From positions 1 to 62,711 of the IMG/VR virus record IMGVR_UViG_3300020123_000077: a stretch of 62,711 bases of DNA; one strand, written 5' to 3'. Shown here piece after piece: positions 8,196 to 18,492 of the stretch. The position numbers and the translations under genes were made by a program. The notes below the pieces were generated by a model. The model was not told the origin of the DNA. It did no database searches and saw nothing but the letters and a program-made list of their open reading frames with translations. Position 1 is the stretch's first letter. Every line of letters starts with the position of its first letter. The stretch is from a virus (Duplodnaviria > Caudoviricetes).

Positions 8196-10315
8196 CAGGA
8201 TTTAAAGTATCCAATTTCGGCGGGGTCGTCCCGCGTTTGGGTGCACGATTATTGCCGAATGAAAGTGCGCAGACCGCACAAAACGTTAAGTTATTCTCCG
8301 GTGAGTTGCGTTCATGGTTTCGCCCGTTATTGATTAATACGCCCACTAAAGGCGGTGCATTACAGTCGATGTATCGAATCTATTCAACTAGTAGCGATTA
8401 TTGGTTGACGTGGACGGATGATGTGGACGTAGTAAAAGGGCCGATTGCCGGTGACACGGCTTTCAAGATTTACTATACAGGCGATACAACCACTTCTTCG
8501 AATAGCGTGGCTGGGCCGAGAAAAACAAACTTGGCTCTTGCGACTTCCGGCGGAACGGATTACCCGCACGATTATCTTGAGTTAGGTGTTCCAGCCCCTG
8601 GGTCTGCCCCGAGTGTCATTGGAACCGGTGGAACGTCAACCAATAGCGTGACGCGTGTCTATACCTATACGTATGTGACCTCTACCGCGAGTTGGGCAGA
8701 GGAAGGGCCGCCAAGCGCTACAGGAACCGGGACGGGCAAGGCAGACGCGACATGGGTGATCTCCAATTTATCGACAGGAACCACTGGTAAATATGCATTC
8801 AGCGGTGCGATCAAACGCATCTATAGAACGTTGACAGACAATTCCGGAAACACGAATTATCAGTTGGCATTAGACGGCGTACCGATTGCAACTACGAGTA
8901 CAAATGACACGGTAGCGGATGGTGCGCTCGGCGTTATCTGTCCGACATTCATTAATGGGGTTCTCAATTCGGAATGGGTTGGGCCACCATCTGATTTAAC
9001 CGGGATTATTGCGTTACCTAACGGTATTTTTGCAGGATTCTCCAAGAATCTGATTTGTTTCAGTGAGCCGTTTTACCCGCATGCATGGCCGATCCGATAC
9101 AGATTGGCAACGAACTTTAATATCGTCAGTCTTGGTGTATATGGGCAGACGTTAATCGTGACGACGAAAGGTTATCCGTACGCTGTGACGGGTGTGCGTC
9201 CTGACTCGATGGCGATGGCAAGGATTGAAGAATCTCATCCCTGTGTCTCAAAGCGTAGCACGGTGAGTTTCCCGTTTGGGGTTGCATGGGCGACACCAGA
9301 TGGTCTTGCATTGGCTGGGGTGGGGGGGGCCATTAACGCCATTGAACCATTCATGAAACGAGACGAATGGCGTAGTCAGTGTTTTCCTGACACGATCATC
9401 GCTCATCAGTTTCAGAATACGTATTTCGGATTTTTCTACAACGGCGTATCGGGTAATAATTTCATCTTCGATAAATCGAATTCGGAAGGCCCGCTGACAT
9501 TCGGCAATAATAATGTGCAGGGCGCATGGAATGATCCAGAGACATCAAAACTGTACCTGTTGCAGAATGGTCGAATTTATCAGTGGGATAGCGACACCAT
9601 TAACAACACTCCGTTTGAGTGGAAAAGCAAAGTATTTGTCACGCCAAACCCAATTAATTTTGGTGCTGCTTTAATCGATGCGGATTACGATGCACTGTCG
9701 CAAACGAATGCAATCGATACGCAAATAGCGTCAGATAAAACAACAAATAATCTGATATTAGGAACGGGTGCCGCTGATACACAGCACTTGACTGCATGGG
9801 CATCTACTACTGTTTATAGCACCAGCGATGTGCGAGTAAGTACGGATGGCGTGAAGATGATTATCTGTACAGTAGCCGGTACTTCTTCATCGTCAGAGCC
9901 GACTTATCCGAATCTGCTTGGCGGAACTACTACAGACGGCGCGGTACGTTGGAAGCAAATATGGGAAGAGCAAGGCGTCACGAAAGGTGCATTAAGAGAC
10001 GCTGCGTTACGTGGTCATACAACTGATCCTAACGACCCTATTATTGACGGTGCATACGGTAACGTACAGGGTTTTCCGCTTCGCAGCAGTTTGCTTGTCG
10101 GCGGCACATATCCAAATTATGATCAACGCATTTTGACGTTCGAGGCCTATGCGGATGGTGTATTGAAAACGTCTCAGGTATTGACGAGTCGCGATCCTAT
10201 TAGACTGCCAAAAGGCTTCAAATCCGATACGTGGGAATTCAAGTTAATCGGCAATATCAACGTCAGATATTTCAAGGTCAGTGAAACGTCGCAGGAACTT
10301 GGAGTGATTCAATGA
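8192..10315 (+). CDS. Tail nozzle/tubular protein B-like
   Basis: RVYTYTYVT...EEGPPS, LPNGIFAGF, FSEPFYPHAWP..Y and WKSKVF motifs of 933W-like tail proteins. Confidence 0.75.
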   Translation: MTGFKVSNFGGVVPRLGARLLPNESAQTAQNVKLFSGELRSWFRPLLINTPTKGGALQSMYRIYSTSSDYWLTWTDDVDVVKGPIAGDTAFKIYYTGDTTTSSNSVAGPRKTNLALATSGGTDYPHDYLELGVPAPGSAPSVIGTGGTSTNSVTRVYTYTYVTSTASWAEEGPPSATGTGTGKADATWVISNLSTGTTGKYAFSGAIKRIYRTLTDNSGNTNYQLALDGVPIATTSTNDTVADGALGVICPTFINGVLNSEWVGPPSDLTGIIALPNGIFAGFSKNLICFSEPFYPHAWPIRYRLATNFNIVSLGVYGQTLIVTTKGYPYAVTGVRPDSMAMARIEESHPCVSKRSTVSFPFGVAWATPDGLALAGVGGAINAIEPFMKRDEWRSQCFPDTIIAHQFQNTYFGFFYNGVSGNNFIFDKSNSEGPLTFGNNNVQGAWNDPETSKLYLLQNGRIYQWDSDTINNTPFEWKSKVFVTPNPINFGAALIDADYDALSQTNAIDTQIASDKTTNNLILGTGAADTQHLTAWASTTVYSTSDVRVSTDGVKMIICTVAGTSSSSEPTYPNLLGGTTTDGAVRWKQIWEEQGVTKGALRDAALRGHTTDPNDPIIDGAYGNVQGFPLRSSLLVGGTYPNYDQRILTFEAYADGVLKTSQVLTSRDPIRLPKGFKSDTWEFKLIGNINVRYFKVSETSQELGVIQ

Positions 10316-11340
10316 CAATCCGGCCTGAGATACCTGATGTTCAAGGTGTAACTGATCCAGCGGCAACAAAGATTTTGAAGGCAATGAAAAATGCCTTCGA
10401 CAGTATTACCGGAAGATCGCAACAACCGATCAAGACACTTGGTCAGGATGCCAATTTTTTCGGCGTCGTCAGCAAGGTCAATGAAATAATTAACCGGCTG
10501 CAGTCGAATATTGGCGTGGGTGGGGTCTCTGGTGTCGCACATCCCAATCCGACTGCGGTGAGTACGAGTACGGGAACATTCAATAATGTGACGGTTGGAT
10601 CAGGCGGTTTGGTGACGAGCGGTACAAACGTCGCTTACCTGACGCAGAATCAGACCATTACGTTGTCAGGCGATGTGTTAGGGACGGGTACGTCGTCAAT
10701 GCCCAATACATTGGCGCAGATCACGACCGCCTCAAGCGCCGGGTCGTCCAGCCAAGCTGCGACTATTACATGGGATGCAAAGGGACGAATCACTTCGGTG
10801 ACGACGGCGGCAATTACGCCCGCTTCGATTGGTGCCATCTCGACAAGTTCGACGGTTACACCTGGAACCAATACGAAGATAGCCTACAACCAAGAGGGGC
10901 TGGTAACGGCAGGGTCAACTGCATCGGCGGGAGATTTGTCGAATGGCACTACGGGTTCCGGCGCGGTTGTCTTGGCATCGGCACCGTCCATTGCGAACGC
11001 GGCTTTGACTGGCGTAACGACTGCATCGGATGTCGCTATATCAGGTCAATTGACGGCTACGCGTGGCGGCCTGTCTATTTTAGCTAATACAACCTCAACC
11101 GGGTCAGTTAATGGTGCCGTAGCCATTCAACTCAATGGCGTGACAAAGGGGTACGTGGGACTCGATGGCGCTGGTGTTTTTTCTTTACTCGATGTGAATG
11201 GTAATGTGAAGGCGCAAATTTTGCCAAGCGGGTTTAGTATGGTCAATACAGTAACAACATCTTCGGCGGCGCCATCGACTCATAAGATAGCGATGGTGAT
11301 CGGAACATCAACGTATTTTCTTTTGGCGTCGAATGTTTAA
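10312..11340 (+). CDS. Ser/Thr-rich tail/fibre protein
   Basis: ITWDAKGRITS and GLVTAG fibre-type repeats; follows the nozzle gene. Confidence 0.6.
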   Translation: MTIRPEIPDVQGVTDPAATKILKAMKNAFDSITGRSQQPIKTLGQDANFFGVVSKVNEIINRLQSNIGVGGVSGVAHPNPTAVSTSTGTFNNVTVGSGGLVTSGTNVAYLTQNQTITLSGDVLGTGTSSMPNTLAQITTASSAGSSSQAATITWDAKGRITSVTTAAITPASIGAISTSSTVTPGTNTKIAYNQEGLVTAGSTASAGDLSNGTTGSGAVVLASAPSIANAALTGVTTASDVAISGQLTATRGGLSILANTTSTGSVNGAVAIQLNGVTKGYVGLDGAGVFSLLDVNGNVKAQILPSGFSMVNTVTTSSAAPSTHKIAMVIGTSTYFLLASNV

Positions 11341-11342
11341 TT

Positions 11343-11870
11343 ATGGAATATAAAAGTATTTCTTACAGTGTTTCATACAGAGATATTGTTCATAAGAATA
11401 ATATTGAAGCACAAGATATTATTAACGCAAAAGATTGCGATGCACTTGCTGTGCGCGAAAAAATATTGCGTCTTCAGGATGTTATGTTATCAATGCCAGA
11501 TAAGGTTGAGTGCACTAATAAACATTGGTTCGCACCAGGCGTTTATGGTAGAGAGATGCTTATACCAAAAGGCACTGTCATCATTGGTAAAATTCATAAG
11601 CATGCGCATTTAAATATAGTTTCTCGTGGCAAGTGTTCTGTTATGACGGAGTTCGGCCCGATGGTGATTGATGCAACCTCAACACCTCACACTTTTACAT
11701 CTGAACCTGGCACCAAGCGTGTCGTAGTGGCACTTGAAGATGTGGTATGGACTACCATCCATTTGAACCCAACCAATACACAAGATTTGGAAGTATTGGA
11801 AAATGAAATTATCGCAAAGAATTATACTGAGTTATCATTTGCAGAAGAGATTAAGGAGTGCTTACCATGA
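11343..11870 (+). CDS. Cupin-fold protein
   Basis: HWFAPGVYGREM.IPKG..IIGKIHKHAH...SEPGTKR...WTTIH; common before podovirus ejection genes. Confidence 0.7.
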   Translation: MEYKSISYSVSYRDIVHKNNIEAQDIINAKDCDALAVREKILRLQDVMLSMPDKVECTNKHWFAPGVYGREMLIPKGTVIIGKIHKHAHLNIVSRGKCSVMTEFGPMVIDATSTPHTFTSEPGTKRVVVALEDVVWTTIHLNPTNTQDLEVLENEIIAKNYTELSFAEEIKECLP

Positions 11871-13213
11871 CATGGGGATACGTAGCTGTAGCAGCGGCCA
11901 CCGTAGTAGCGGCGGCTGTATCGTCCGATTCTTCTCGCAAGGCATCGAATACAGCTGCAGACGCAGCCAAGTACTCTGCCAAGACCGCCGCAGATATCCC
12001 GACACAGCAATGGAATTATTATAAAGATAATTACATGCCTGTTGAGACGAGTCTTATTGACAATGCGCAAAATGCAGGGTCTCAAGATGAATACAAACGT
12101 GCAGAAGGTGCTGCTAATGCAGACGTCACGAACTCATTCGATCAGGCTCAGAAACAAACTCAGTCACGTCTGCAGAGTTATGGCATTAATCCAGCTTCCC
12201 CAGCATACCAAAGCGCTACCGGTAGTGTTGATCTTGCAGAGGGTGCATCTAAAGCAGGGGCAATGACGGCAGCGGATAACTCTACGAGACAACTTGCTTA
12301 TTCAAAACAATTGGACGTAGCCGGATTGGGACGCAATATCCCGGCGCAATCATCGGCAAGCTTGGCAAATGCGTCCGCCCTACAGCTTGCTCAAAATAAG
12401 AATTCATTCTACCAAAATCAGCAAAATCAAGTGGCAAATGGTCGCGGTATTCAGGCGATTGGTCAGCTTGGATCTCAGGCATATAACTGGTACAACAATT
12501 CCAATAGCAATCCAACACCAGGAGGTGCTGGAAGTTCCATGCCAGCAGGGTATTATGGCTCAGGTGGTCAAGGAAATATTGGCACAACTGGATATTATGG
12601 AACAGCTGAGACAGATGCTTTAGCAGGTGCTGGTGCTTTGGCTGATGGCGGCAAGGTATCTCGCTACGCAAGTGGAGGACTGGTTGCTGATGAGCCATCG
12701 AAAGAAGTCTTGGACGGCCTTAAACAACGTCTCATGGATCGCGGTATCGGTGAAGACGATGCGGAACAAGCACATCAAAGCGCGAAGAAAAAATACAAAA
12801 ACGGTGGCCCAATCACCCCACATATGAAGATGAAACCATTGGGTTACGCAAAAGGTGGCGCGATCAGCGATCAAGGTTTGGACGCGCAAGAACCGCAGGA
12901 ACAACAAGACGCTTCAGAGATGGGGAAGCTTGATGGCCCAGGCACGGAAACATCTGATTCCATTCCTGCGCAGATCGATGGTAAGCAACCAGCAGCCTTA
13001 TCGACTGGTGAAGTTGTGATGAATGCTAGCGCTGTTAAATTGAGCGGTGAGGACATTCTAAATGCCATCAATAAGGCTGGTCTACAGGCACGCAAGAAAC
13101 AACCTCAACCACAAGAGGCAGACCAAGAAGAACCAATGCCGCAGCAACAAACTGCCTTTAAAAAAGGCGGCAAGGTAAAAAATCGTTACGCAACATCTGG
13201 ACTAGGGGCATAA
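11858..13213 (+). CDS. Internal virion/DNA ejection protein
   Basis: Hydrophobic Ala-rich N-terminus; A.ADV..SF...YGINP.S motif; C-terminal GPGTETSDSIPA...LSTGEVV motif. Confidence 0.7.
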   Translation: MLTMTWGYVAVAAATVVAAAVSSDSSRKASNTAADAAKYSAKTAADIPTQQWNYYKDNYMPVETSLIDNAQNAGSQDEYKRAEGAANADVTNSFDQAQKQTQSRLQSYGINPASPAYQSATGSVDLAEGASKAGAMTAADNSTRQLAYSKQLDVAGLGRNIPAQSSASLANASALQLAQNKNSFYQNQQNQVANGRGIQAIGQLGSQAYNWYNNSNSNPTPGGAGSSMPAGYYGSGGQGNIGTTGYYGTAETDALAGAGALADGGKVSRYASGGLVADEPSKEVLDGLKQRLMDRGIGEDDAEQAHQSAKKKYKNGGPITPHMKMKPLGYAKGGAISDQGLDAQEPQEQQDASEMGKLDGPGTETSDSIPAQIDGKQPAALSTGEVVMNASAVKLSGEDILNAINKAGLQARKKQPQPQEADQEEPMPQQQTAFKKGGKVKNRYATSGLGA

Positions 13214-13214
13214 C

Positions 13215-14699
13215 ATGAATTTTGCAGATGTCGGATTGATGTCACAAGGCTATAACCAAGGACAAGAGGAAGCCAATCAAGCGCAGACTAGTAATATCGG
13301 TTTGGCCGAACTACAGAGAACGACGAATAATGCAGCACAGATGCGTTCAGCTGTAGCAAATGCTGATCCTAATTCTGGACGTATGGGTATCTATAATGCC
13401 ATGCAGGGAGTCGCTAAAAATCAGGGTGATCTCAACACTTATACCCAAGCACAAACTGCTTCACAAAATACGCCGCAACAAGCATTAGCACAACTTGCCA
13501 GTGACGCGATTCGCGGCGTGCCGCCTAGCGTAGCAGAGCAGAATTTCAACATGTTAATGCCTGGTCAGATGCAACCGGGAAGTCTAGAGTATGGACGCGA
13601 TCCAAAAAGCGGCGACATTATGGTTAAGGCACTTAAACCAGACGGCACTGATACACCAATGATTAATGCCACGCAATTCGTGCGCATGAATGAGAAAAAA
13701 GTACAAGTTGCACCAGGTGCCAAGTTGGTAGGTGAAACAACTGGTAATACCACTTCTGAAAATGCGGATAATTGGATTATTTCAAGAGATGGAAATACCG
13801 CAATCAACAAAGCTACTGGAGAAGTCAAGGCCACCGGTTCAGGTAGTAAAAATAATATTGTCACGACCACACGCAAAGACTCGGAAGGAAACGAACGTCA
13901 ATACATGTGGGATACGTCACAAAATAATTGGGTTGGTGGAGCGCCACCAGAAGGTAACGATGCGCCTCCTCCTAACGTCCGCAAGAATTTACCAGTGCTT
14001 GAGGCTGCAACCAAGGTGCTGTATGATGCGCCCGGCATGGCGACAATCGACCCGGTAACTGGTCATCCTGTTCCAACGCCAGATGGACAGAAACGCGCCG
14101 TCGTTGTCAATCAATTGGCACTCGCAAACCCTTCGATTGATCCGCATACATTGGCAGACATCGCCATGAATGGCAAGCCCGTACGCTATCCTGATGGCTC
14201 GACGGCGATGCGTTACAACGGGAAGGATATCAAGTTTGGTAGTGGTGCACCGCCCGCACAACCGGCACCACAATCTTCTGATACACAGTCACCAGCACCA
14301 TCCGCACAAGCGGCACAAGTCACACCGCAGGCGCAACCTGCTACACAGACTAAAAGCAATCCAGTACCAAAGCCAGTGCCAGTAGTTAGCCAAGACCAAA
14401 TGGACACACGTGCCCAGCAAATGGCACAGATGAATTCATTGAGCGGAAGAGATACTAGTCGGCGAGATAAGATGATTGCAGACAGACAATCTGATTTGCA
14501 GAATAATTTCAATACGCAGTTAAATATATTGAAAAATTCTACAGACCGTAAAACGCTTAGTAGCGTCTCAGAATGGATGGACGATCATAGAGGGGATATG
14601 ACAAATGCGCAAATTAAGCAGCTTAGAGACGTGAGTAGCACCAAGCGATTCTCAAAAGGTGGCATGGTTTCACGTCAACAAAAATATGGCCTGGAATAA
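13215..14699 (+). CDS. Putative ejection protein
   Basis: Gln/Asn/Pro-rich; lies between ejection genes. Confidence 0.55.
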   Translation: MNFADVGLMSQGYNQGQEEANQAQTSNIGLAELQRTTNNAAQMRSAVANADPNSGRMGIYNAMQGVAKNQGDLNTYTQAQTASQNTPQQALAQLASDAIRGVPPSVAEQNFNMLMPGQMQPGSLEYGRDPKSGDIMVKALKPDGTDTPMINATQFVRMNEKKVQVAPGAKLVGETTGNTTSENADNWIISRDGNTAINKATGEVKATGSGSKNNIVTTTRKDSEGNERQYMWDTSQNNWVGGAPPEGNDAPPPNVRKNLPVLEAATKVLYDAPGMATIDPVTGHPVPTPDGQKRAVVVNQLALANPSIDPHTLADIAMNGKPVRYPDGSTAMRYNGKDIKFGSGAPPAQPAPQSSDTQSPAPSAQAAQVTPQAQPATQTKSNPVPKPVPVVSQDQMDTRAQQMAQMNSLSGRDTSRRDKMIADRQSDLQNNFNTQLNILKNSTDRKTLSSVSEWMDDHRGDMTNAQIKQLRDVSSTKRFSKGGMVSRQQKYGLE

Positions 14700-14702
14700 A
14701 TA

Positions 14703-17123
14703 ATGGATGCTGTGCCAATCAGTCTTGATGAGCTTCTTTCATCCGCGCCACCGAAACAACCAGACAATAGCGTATCGCCAGCAGACTTTCCAACAATATC
14801 ACCAGATGTGCAAATGGAGCGCGATAAAACGCGGCTGGCGATGTTGCAGAACGAGATGCAAAGCGTATCTCCTGATGCGAAATCCAGTCTGCAAAATGAA
14901 ATCGATAATACCTCTTCCAATCTGCAAAAAGGTACGCCATTCGGTGCGCCAGTTTCACGCGGAACGAAAATCGCCAGCGAGTTAAAGAAAACGTCGTATC
15001 AACAAAGCGATGCCGTATCGATTTCGTTTGACGATCTTTTCCCTGATTCACCGAAAGTCGCTCTACCTCCTGCAGCCCAGCCACAACAACCGGGAATGCT
15101 CAGCAATATCGGCAATGCAGCAAAGAGCGGTTTGGTAGATTCATTGAAAGACTTGGGTTCGGCTAGTGATGCGTTATTGAAAAACAATAGTGAATACAAA
15201 CCGTCTTCAGAAGAATTTGCAAAGCCATTAGAGTGGGGCGACTTACTTCATCCCACCAAGGCAATCCCGAAAGCCGTCTATCAACTGAGTAAAGGTGCAC
15301 CGGTCTTGGCTGGTGGCGTGGCTGGTGCCGCAGTTGGTGAGGCGGTCGCGCCGGAAGGTTTGGTTGCTGGCCCGTTAATTGGCGGCGGTCTTGGTGCGGC
15401 AGCGGTCGATACCGCACAGTCTATCGGCCCACTCTATGCCGATGAATTGAAGGCAACGCCGGATGATAAAGATGGCGCTTTTGACAGAGCATTATCAAAG
15501 GCCGGTACATCCGGTGCATTTACTGCTGCAGGTTGGGCAGCATTCGGTTTCGCGCCATTCAAGAATGCGGTCAAGGATTTATTACTTCAGGCGTTTGCCG
15601 TCCAGCCAGCGATTGGTGAAACTCAGAATGCGGTACAAAATGTACAAGCCGGAAAACCAGCGACTGAAGGTATGGGTGCATCGATTCCTGGGGCCGTTGT
15701 AGGAACGATCTTGCCAGCTGCAGGGCTACATGCTGCCCATGCTTTGGTCGGTGGACGCGAAGCACCAGTTGATACGAGTCGCCCAACAGACGCCACCCGG
15801 CCAGTAGATCAAGTACAACCGCAATCAGCTGAGCAACCGCAACAACCGTTAGCCCTACCGGCCCCTGAACAAAAACCAATCACCGTCGATCAATCCGGTA
15901 AAGCGATCACAGCAGACCAAGCGCAGAATAATGCACAAGTCGGATTAACGCCTGATGTCGTCGCCGCGCAAACCGCGCATCCCGGTTTCTCCCAATTGTC
16001 ACCTATCGAACAAGCGCGGATTGACGCACAAACCGTGCAGTCTGGTGGTGACATTTCCAATCTAAACGATGTGCGCCGCAACAATGCGCAGTTAGTCGCG
16101 ACATACGGCGAGAATGCCGCAGTGCGTCATGTGATCGAATCCGGTGACATGGGTGGTCTGGCACAAGCCATGCTGGATATTGCGCCGAAAGTCGAGCAAG
16201 TACGCTCCACATTGAAACAAGGTCAGCAAACCCGCGATATCACCAGTGATGTGATGACGGCGATTGATGAACTTGGCAGGATCAAGGCTGATGGAAAGAC
16301 CGTGCAGGAAGTGATGGCGCATGGATTTCCAAATGAGGTGAGTTATGAAGGACAGCAACTGATCGATTTTTTGGATAAGAACCAGAATAATCCGCAGAAA
16401 ATTGCGCAGTTCATGGAGAATTACCTTCAGAACGTGCAAGATATGGGCGGCATTCCGTCGAACGTCCGAGGAAAAGCATTTGATATCTTGGCTGAACGCC
16501 AATTTGCTAAGTCTGATGCAGAAAAAGCGAATGCCTTTTCACAAAAAGAAGGTCAGGAAGCGCAGCAGAAAAAGTCGGAAACGCAGTTAATGGCAGAACA
16601 GGCGCGTGCCGAAAGTGCATTAACCGAAATCGCCAAGGCAAAAGCATCCGGATCAGGCATCAATCCAGAACATCAGACAGCGATGGAAATCGCATTTGAG
16701 AATGCGCGAAAATTAAAGGAGAGTAAAAATGCAAAGCCTAGTGCCGAAAGCGCAGAGCCTTTACCAACAACAAAGGCAACAGTTAGCGAGCCAGTCCGCA
16801 CTGAAAGTACAAAGCCTGCAGCGCAACGCACAGAGCGCGTACCCATCAGTGCTGAAGCTGGTAACGCAGGCAACCCACGATCCATACGTGAGAATGGCAG
16901 TGCATCGCGCCCTGAAGTCAACACTGCCGTAAAAGGAAATGCAGCTAAAATAGTTGCGGAACGTGAATCGCAAAAACAATTATCGCAGATCATGGTCAAG
17001 ACCAAGGCGATTGACAAGGTATCCGGTCGGCGCGTCACGATGACAAAACCAGCCGATCAGGCCATGAAAGAAGTGAATTACCATATCCAAACCATGGAGG
17101 CATTACTAGAATGTCTGGGCTAA
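14703..17123 (+). CDS. Large ejection/polyvalent protein with Gly/Ala hydrophobic segments and a DdrB-like ParB-associated region
   Basis: Gly/Ala-rich membrane-like helices; AMLDIAPK...DITSDVMTAIDEL..IK..G..V region. Confidence 0.55.
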   Translation: MDAVPISLDELLSSAPPKQPDNSVSPADFPTISPDVQMERDKTRLAMLQNEMQSVSPDAKSSLQNEIDNTSSNLQKGTPFGAPVSRGTKIASELKKTSYQQSDAVSISFDDLFPDSPKVALPPAAQPQQPGMLSNIGNAAKSGLVDSLKDLGSASDALLKNNSEYKPSSEEFAKPLEWGDLLHPTKAIPKAVYQLSKGAPVLAGGVAGAAVGEAVAPEGLVAGPLIGGGLGAAAVDTAQSIGPLYADELKATPDDKDGAFDRALSKAGTSGAFTAAGWAAFGFAPFKNAVKDLLLQAFAVQPAIGETQNAVQNVQAGKPATEGMGASIPGAVVGTILPAAGLHAAHALVGGREAPVDTSRPTDATRPVDQVQPQSAEQPQQPLALPAPEQKPITVDQSGKAITADQAQNNAQVGLTPDVVAAQTAHPGFSQLSPIEQARIDAQTVQSGGDISNLNDVRRNNAQLVATYGENAAVRHVIESGDMGGLAQAMLDIAPKVEQVRSTLKQGQQTRDITSDVMTAIDELGRIKADGKTVQEVMAHGFPNEVSYEGQQLIDFLDKNQNNPQKIAQFMENYLQNVQDMGGIPSNVRGKAFDILAERQFAKSDAEKANAFSQKEGQEAQQKKSETQLMAEQARAESALTEIAKAKASGSGINPEHQTAMEIAFENARKLKESKNAKPSAESAEPLPTTKATVSEPVRTESTKPAAQRTERVPISAEAGNAGNPRSIRENGSASRPEVNTAVKGNAAKIVAERESQKQLSQIMVKTKAIDKVSGRRVTMTKPADQAMKEVNYHIQTMEALLECLG

Positions 17124-17425
17124 TTACAAACGATGATGATCCTCTGCCATTGGGAGCCGCTGCCGCTGCCGGTGAAGTGCTGGATGCGATCAATGAACTA
17201 TCCGATAATGTCGCGACTTTATTTTCAAAGTTAAACGCATCGGTTGAAAAGGGCGCGGATAAGCAAACATTGAAAGACATTATGTCGGCTATGGCAAAAA
17301 GCAATCAGGCGATGATTGATCACTTGCGTGTGATGTCGGCACCGAAGAAACCAAGGCAATGGACGTTTACCGTCAAGTATGATTCGTATGGTGATCTTGC
17401 CTCGATTGACGCGAAAGAATTATAA
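17111..17425 (+). CDS. Hypothetical protein
   Basis: GGAGG RBS; WTFTVKYD..G C-terminus; operonic spacing. Confidence 0.55.
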   Translation: MSGLITNDDDPLPLGAAAAAGEVLDAINELSDNVATLFSKLNASVEKGADKQTLKDIMSAMAKSNQAMIDHLRVMSAPKKPRQWTFTVKYDSYGDLASIDAKEL

Positions 17426-17427
17426 AA

Positions 17428-17868
17428 ATGGCCTCATTTGAAGACTATCATCCGAATCAAGATCCAACATTTTACGCCGTCATGATGGACTTGGGGCGCA
17501 TGGCTGATAATGTCGCAAAACTGATTGCGAATTGGCGCGCAATGGCGCAAGCCAGTATTGACCCACGTCCCAATATGGGCGCGGTTGCCGATAGCTTGTT
17601 GGGTCGTTTGTTCAGGGTTTATACGTTTTTCCAAAACAACCCAACAGAATTAACGCGTATCGCGGCAAAAATCGGCATGACTGAGCAAGCGATTACGGAT
17701 GCGCTGATTGCGCGGCGAGACTCCATTAGAACATTCAAAAATGCGCCGAAAGACACGATAGCTAACGCAAAGGCAGCGGTGGATGCGCTTGCACTGGCAT
17801 TCCCAGCTCCTAATACGCCATCAGTCACACCCGTATTATTGGACGCGACACTTCCGGCGACTTGGTAA
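17428..17868 (+). CDS. Hypothetical protein
   Basis: Operonic ORF with helical composition. Confidence 0.6.
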   Translation: MASFEDYHPNQDPTFYAVMMDLGRMADNVAKLIANWRAMAQASIDPRPNMGAVADSLLGRLFRVYTFFQNNPTELTRIAAKIGMTEQAITDALIARRDSIRTFKNAPKDTIANAKAAVDALALAFPAPNTPSVTPVLLDATLPATW

Positions 17869-18492
17869 ATGGCTACCTATGGCTTTCTGTTTTGGGCAAC
17901 AACGAACCACGGAACGCCTGGCCAGAATGATTCTCCGGTACTGCATACAGATGCCTACCCAACCACATACGGAAACGGCGCGACGGCTGGCTATGTGGCA
18001 GATCAGCCGAATCAGATTGATGAAACAAACGATATTGACTACCGGCTGATTGGTACGCATTACATCGTCAACAACACAGTTGTTTATGATTTCAGGATTG
18101 ATATTACTGGAACGTTGACCATCAATTCATCGAACGGTGATCATGGCAATGCAGGTGGTTATACCTATAGTGAGTTTTTCGACAATACTACTTCCTTGGT
18201 TGTAGTAGTTGATTCAGCAACCGGGCAATTATCCAACCAGTTTTGGGATGCATCTGGTGTGAAACGCACCAGTGCTTCTGATTGGGTCACAAATCAAACC
18301 TCAATATCAAAATCTGTTTCAACATTTTTCAAATGGAGAAATGGCAAAATAAGCGCTGGCGGCTCAACCTATTGGAACTACATACAGGTTGCCTCGTCTG
18401 GTGGTGCTGGTGCGATACAGTCTCCATTCTTCAAAAGTAATTTGGATGGTCTTGGTGCTGGTGGCCGATTCTTTAATAATAGGTTAGGATAA
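17869..18492 (+). CDS. Putative virion beta-sandwich/lectin-like protein
   Basis: Rich in aromatic, Thr and Asn residues; directly adjacent to both neighbours. Confidence 0.5.
   Translation: MATYGFLFWATTNHGTPGQNDSPVLHTDAYPTTYGNGATAGYVADQPNQIDETNDIDYRLIGTHYIVNNTVVYDFRIDITGTLTINSSNGDHGNAGGYTYSEFFDNTTSLVVVVDSATGQLSNQFWDASGVKRTSASDWVTNQTSISKSVSTFFKWRNGKISAGGSTYWNYIQVASSGGAGAIQSPFFKSNLDGLGAGGRFFNNRLG

Noticed and set aside
9317-9329. G8 run in the nozzle gene as a phase-variation site
   Set aside because: The reading frame is intact (AGVGGA) in a presumably essential gene, and nothing else supports slippage.
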